This document shows positions 62,015-64,000 of a stretch of 64,000 nt of DNA, in pieces. Under the pieces are notes generated by a model. That model had not been told where the DNA came from and made no database searches. It saw only the letters and a program-made list of their open reading frames with translations. Source of the DNA: an uncultured Chitinophagales bacterium (GTDB lineage: Bacteria; Bacteroidota; Bacteroidia; Chitinophagales; S012-47); NCBI GenBank assembly GCA_964471795.1, contig CAYYHM010000002.1, forward strand, positions 13,743 to 77,742. The letters are read 5' to 3'. The position numbers and the translations under genes were made by a program. Every line of letters starts with the position of its first letter. The stretch's first letter is position 1.

Positions 62015-63420
62015 ATATGCAGGGCGCGGTCTTCAGTGGCCGCCAGACATGCCTCCTTTACAGCTTCACTGTAGGTAGGATGCGGGTGGCTCATGCGGGC
62101 GATATCTTCTGCTGAAGCACGGTATTCCATCGCTACCACACCTTCAATGATCAGGTCAGCTACCCGCGGGCCTATCATGTGCATGCCCAGCACTTCATCG
62201 GTTTCCTTGTCGGCGAGCACCTTGATGAAGCCGTCGGTATCCATACTGGCACGAGCACGTCCACTGGCCTTGAAGGGAAACTTACCCACCTTGTAGGCTG
62301 TACCCGATGCTTTCAGTTCGTCCTCGGTATACCCTACACCGGCAGCTTCGGGCCATGTATAGGCCACGTTCGGTATCAGTCGGTAGTTGATGTGCGGTTG
62401 CTGACCGGCCAGCAGTTCAGCCACATAGATGCCCTCCTCCTCTGCCTTGTGGGCCAGCATGGCACCTGTTATCACATCACCGATAGCGTAAATGTTGTCT
62501 ACAGCCGTTTGCAGGTGATGGTTCACCGGAATCTGACCACGCTCGTTTACCGATAGGCCTACCTTATCCAGACCAAGACCTTCTGTGTAGGGCTTTCGGC
62601 CTACCGCCACCAGACAATAATCGGCCTTGATGACCACTTCTGCGCCTTTGGCATCGTCGGCCTTTACGGTAACCTGCGAGGCACCTGCCTTCACTTCCTT
62701 AACCTTGTGGCTCAGCAATATGTTGGCGCCGGTCTTGCCCATCACCTTCTTCATCTCCTTACCCAGGTCGGCATCCATGCCGGGGATCAGGCGATCCATG
62801 TATTCTATGATGGTAACCTCAGTGCCAAGGCGGCTGTATACGGAGCCCATTTCCACACCTATGATGCCACCACCGATGATGACCATGCTGGCAGGTAGAT
62901 CGGGCAGGCTGAGTGCTTCGGTACTGGTGATTACCCGCTTTTTGTCGATTGTGATGAAGGGAAGCGATGCCGGCTTGGAGCCGGTGGCTATGATCACCTT
63001 GTCGGTGGTGAGGCTGGTTGTGGTTCCGTCCGCTTGTGCCACCTGAATCGTGTGGGCATCCACGAATGAGCCCACACCGGTGTGTACATCAATCTTGTGT
63101 TTCTTCATCAGGAAGCTCACCCCGTCGCAGGTCTGCTGTACTACGGCTCCCTTTCTGGCTATCATCTGCGGAAAGTCTACTGTAACCTCACCCACACTGA
63201 TGCCATGAGCAGCAAATTCAGTACGTGCCTTGTGTACGTGCTCGGTTGAGTCCAGCAATGCCTTGCTTGGAATGCATCCTACATTGAGGCATGTACCACC
63301 CAGTGTATTGTATTTTTCTATCAGGGCGGTCTTCATGCCCAGCTGTGCACACCGGATGGCTGCCACATAACCACCAGGGCCGGATCCAATTATTGTTATA
63401 TCATATTGAAAGGTGCTCAT
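62011..63420 (-). CDS. lpdA: Dihydrolipoyl dehydrogenase (E3)
   Basis: GSGPGGYVAAIR, redox disulfide GGTCLNVGCIPSK and C-terminal HPHPTYSEA. Confidence 0.95.
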   Translation of the reverse strand: MSTFQYDITIIGSGPGGYVAAIRCAQLGMKTALIEKYNTLGGTCLNVGCIPSKALLDSTEHVHKARTEFAAHGISVGEVTVDFPQMIARKGAVVQQTCDGVSFLMKKHKIDVHTGVGSFVDAHTIQVAQADGTTTSLTTDKVIIATGSKPASLPFITIDKKRVITSTEALSLPDLPASMVIIGGGIIGVEMGSVYSRLGTEVTIIEYMDRLIPGMDADLGKEMKKVMGKTGANILLSHKVKEVKAGASQVTVKADDAKGAEVVIKADYCLVAVGRKPYTEGLGLDKVGLSVNERGQIPVNHHLQTAVDNIYAIGDVITGAMLAHKAEEEGIYVAELLAGQQPHINYRLIPNVAYTWPEAAGVGYTEDELKASGTAYKVGKFPFKASGRARASMDTDGFIKVLADKETDEVLGMHMIGPRVADLIIEGVVAMEYRASAEDIARMSHPHPTYSEAVKEACLAATEDRALHI

Positions 63421-63448
63421 ACTATCGTGTTGTTTGGTTGAAGGAAGC

Positions 63449-64000
63449 TTATAATCCCAGCAGATGCTGTACCGGATCTTTGGCCATCAGCATCTTTTCC
63501 GGATGTTCCAGGTAATCCTTCACCCTTACCAGAAAACTAACCGACTCCCGTCCGTCGATGATGCGGTGGTCATAGCTGAGCGCCACATACATCATGGGCT
63601 TGATGACCACCTGACCGTTTTGGGCGATGGGCCTTTCTTCAATCTTATGCATGCCCAAGATGGCACTTTGCGGCTGATTGAGGATAGGTGTCGACAGCAG
63701 CGACCCGAACACCCCACCGTTGGTGATGGTGAAGGTACCTCCTGTCATCTCATCCATGTCCAGTTCATTCTTGCGTGCCTTGGTAGCCAAATCGATTACA
63801 GCACCCTCAATCTGCGCCATCCCCAGCGATTCGGCGTTGCGGATTACCGGCACTACCAGACCTCGGTCGGTACTTACGGCGATGCCCATGTCCACATAAT
63901 CGTGGTACACGATTTCTTTGCCGTCGATCATGGCATTTACTGCCGGGAATTCGCGCAGTGCCAACACACAGGCGCGGGTAAAGAAGCTCATGAATCCGAG
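63449..64000 (-). CDS. sucB: 2-oxoglutarate dehydrogenase E2, dihydrolipoamide succinyltransferase (C-terminal part; gene continues past the right edge)
   Basis: Catalytic domain with [13 protein letters not shown] and [13 protein letters not shown]. The frame is still open at position 64000. Assignment to OGDH rather than another 2-oxoacid complex is inferred from sequence feel and the lpdA neighbour. Confidence 0.8.
   Translation of the reverse strand, partial: LGFMSFFTRACVLALREFPAVNAMIDGKEIVYHDYVDMGIAVSTDRGLVVPVIRNAESLGMAQIEGAVIDLATKARKNELDMDEMTGGTFTITNGGVFGSLLSTPILNQPQSAILGMHKIEERPIAQNGQVVIKPMMYVALSYDHRIIDGRESVSFLVRVKDYLEHPEKMLMAKDPVQHLLGL

Overview
This looks like a Bacteroidota chromosomal segment of mostly core genes. 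Support comes from a T9SS C-terminal sorting domain, TAnnTTTG-type -7 promoter boxes, the rplQ-carA-eno gene order, and Cys-poor bL36 and uS14. Hand counts on sample lines put GC at about 50-55%. The centre (19.2-36.4 kb, minus strand) holds the complete rpsL-rpsG-fusA / S10 / spc / alpha ribosomal cluster. That cluster includes two genes under 60 aa that the ORF track omits (rpmJ, rpmD). It is flanked by metabolism and envelope genes: sucD, fabG, eno, carA, sucB-lpdA, lnt, pssA-purS, lpxH-like, two L,D-transpeptidases, several peptidases, a marR-MFP-RND-TolC efflux operon and an MFS pump. I saw no tRNA, rRNA, CRISPR array, transposase or integrase, and no convincing multi-gene novel system such as a defence island. 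The candidates most worth a second look are five. (1) A single 679-aa ORF fuses a CrtY-type lycopene cyclase to a Brp/Blh beta-carotene dioxygenase. (2) An AT-rich two-gene insert encodes a Cys-rich lipoprotein plus a T9SS-sorted protein, and the GC shift falls inside the genes. (3) A four-helix-bundle (23S-IVS/Avd family) gene carries an in-frame TGA and is bracketed by inverted 16-bp-unit repeats, next to a 4x16-bp tandem array that supplies the stop codon of tag. (4) A tightly coupled three-gene operon encodes unknown secreted proteins. (5) Several palindromic operators and near-leaderless promoter arrangements. All functional calls rest on my reading of the translated ORFs, with no database search run.
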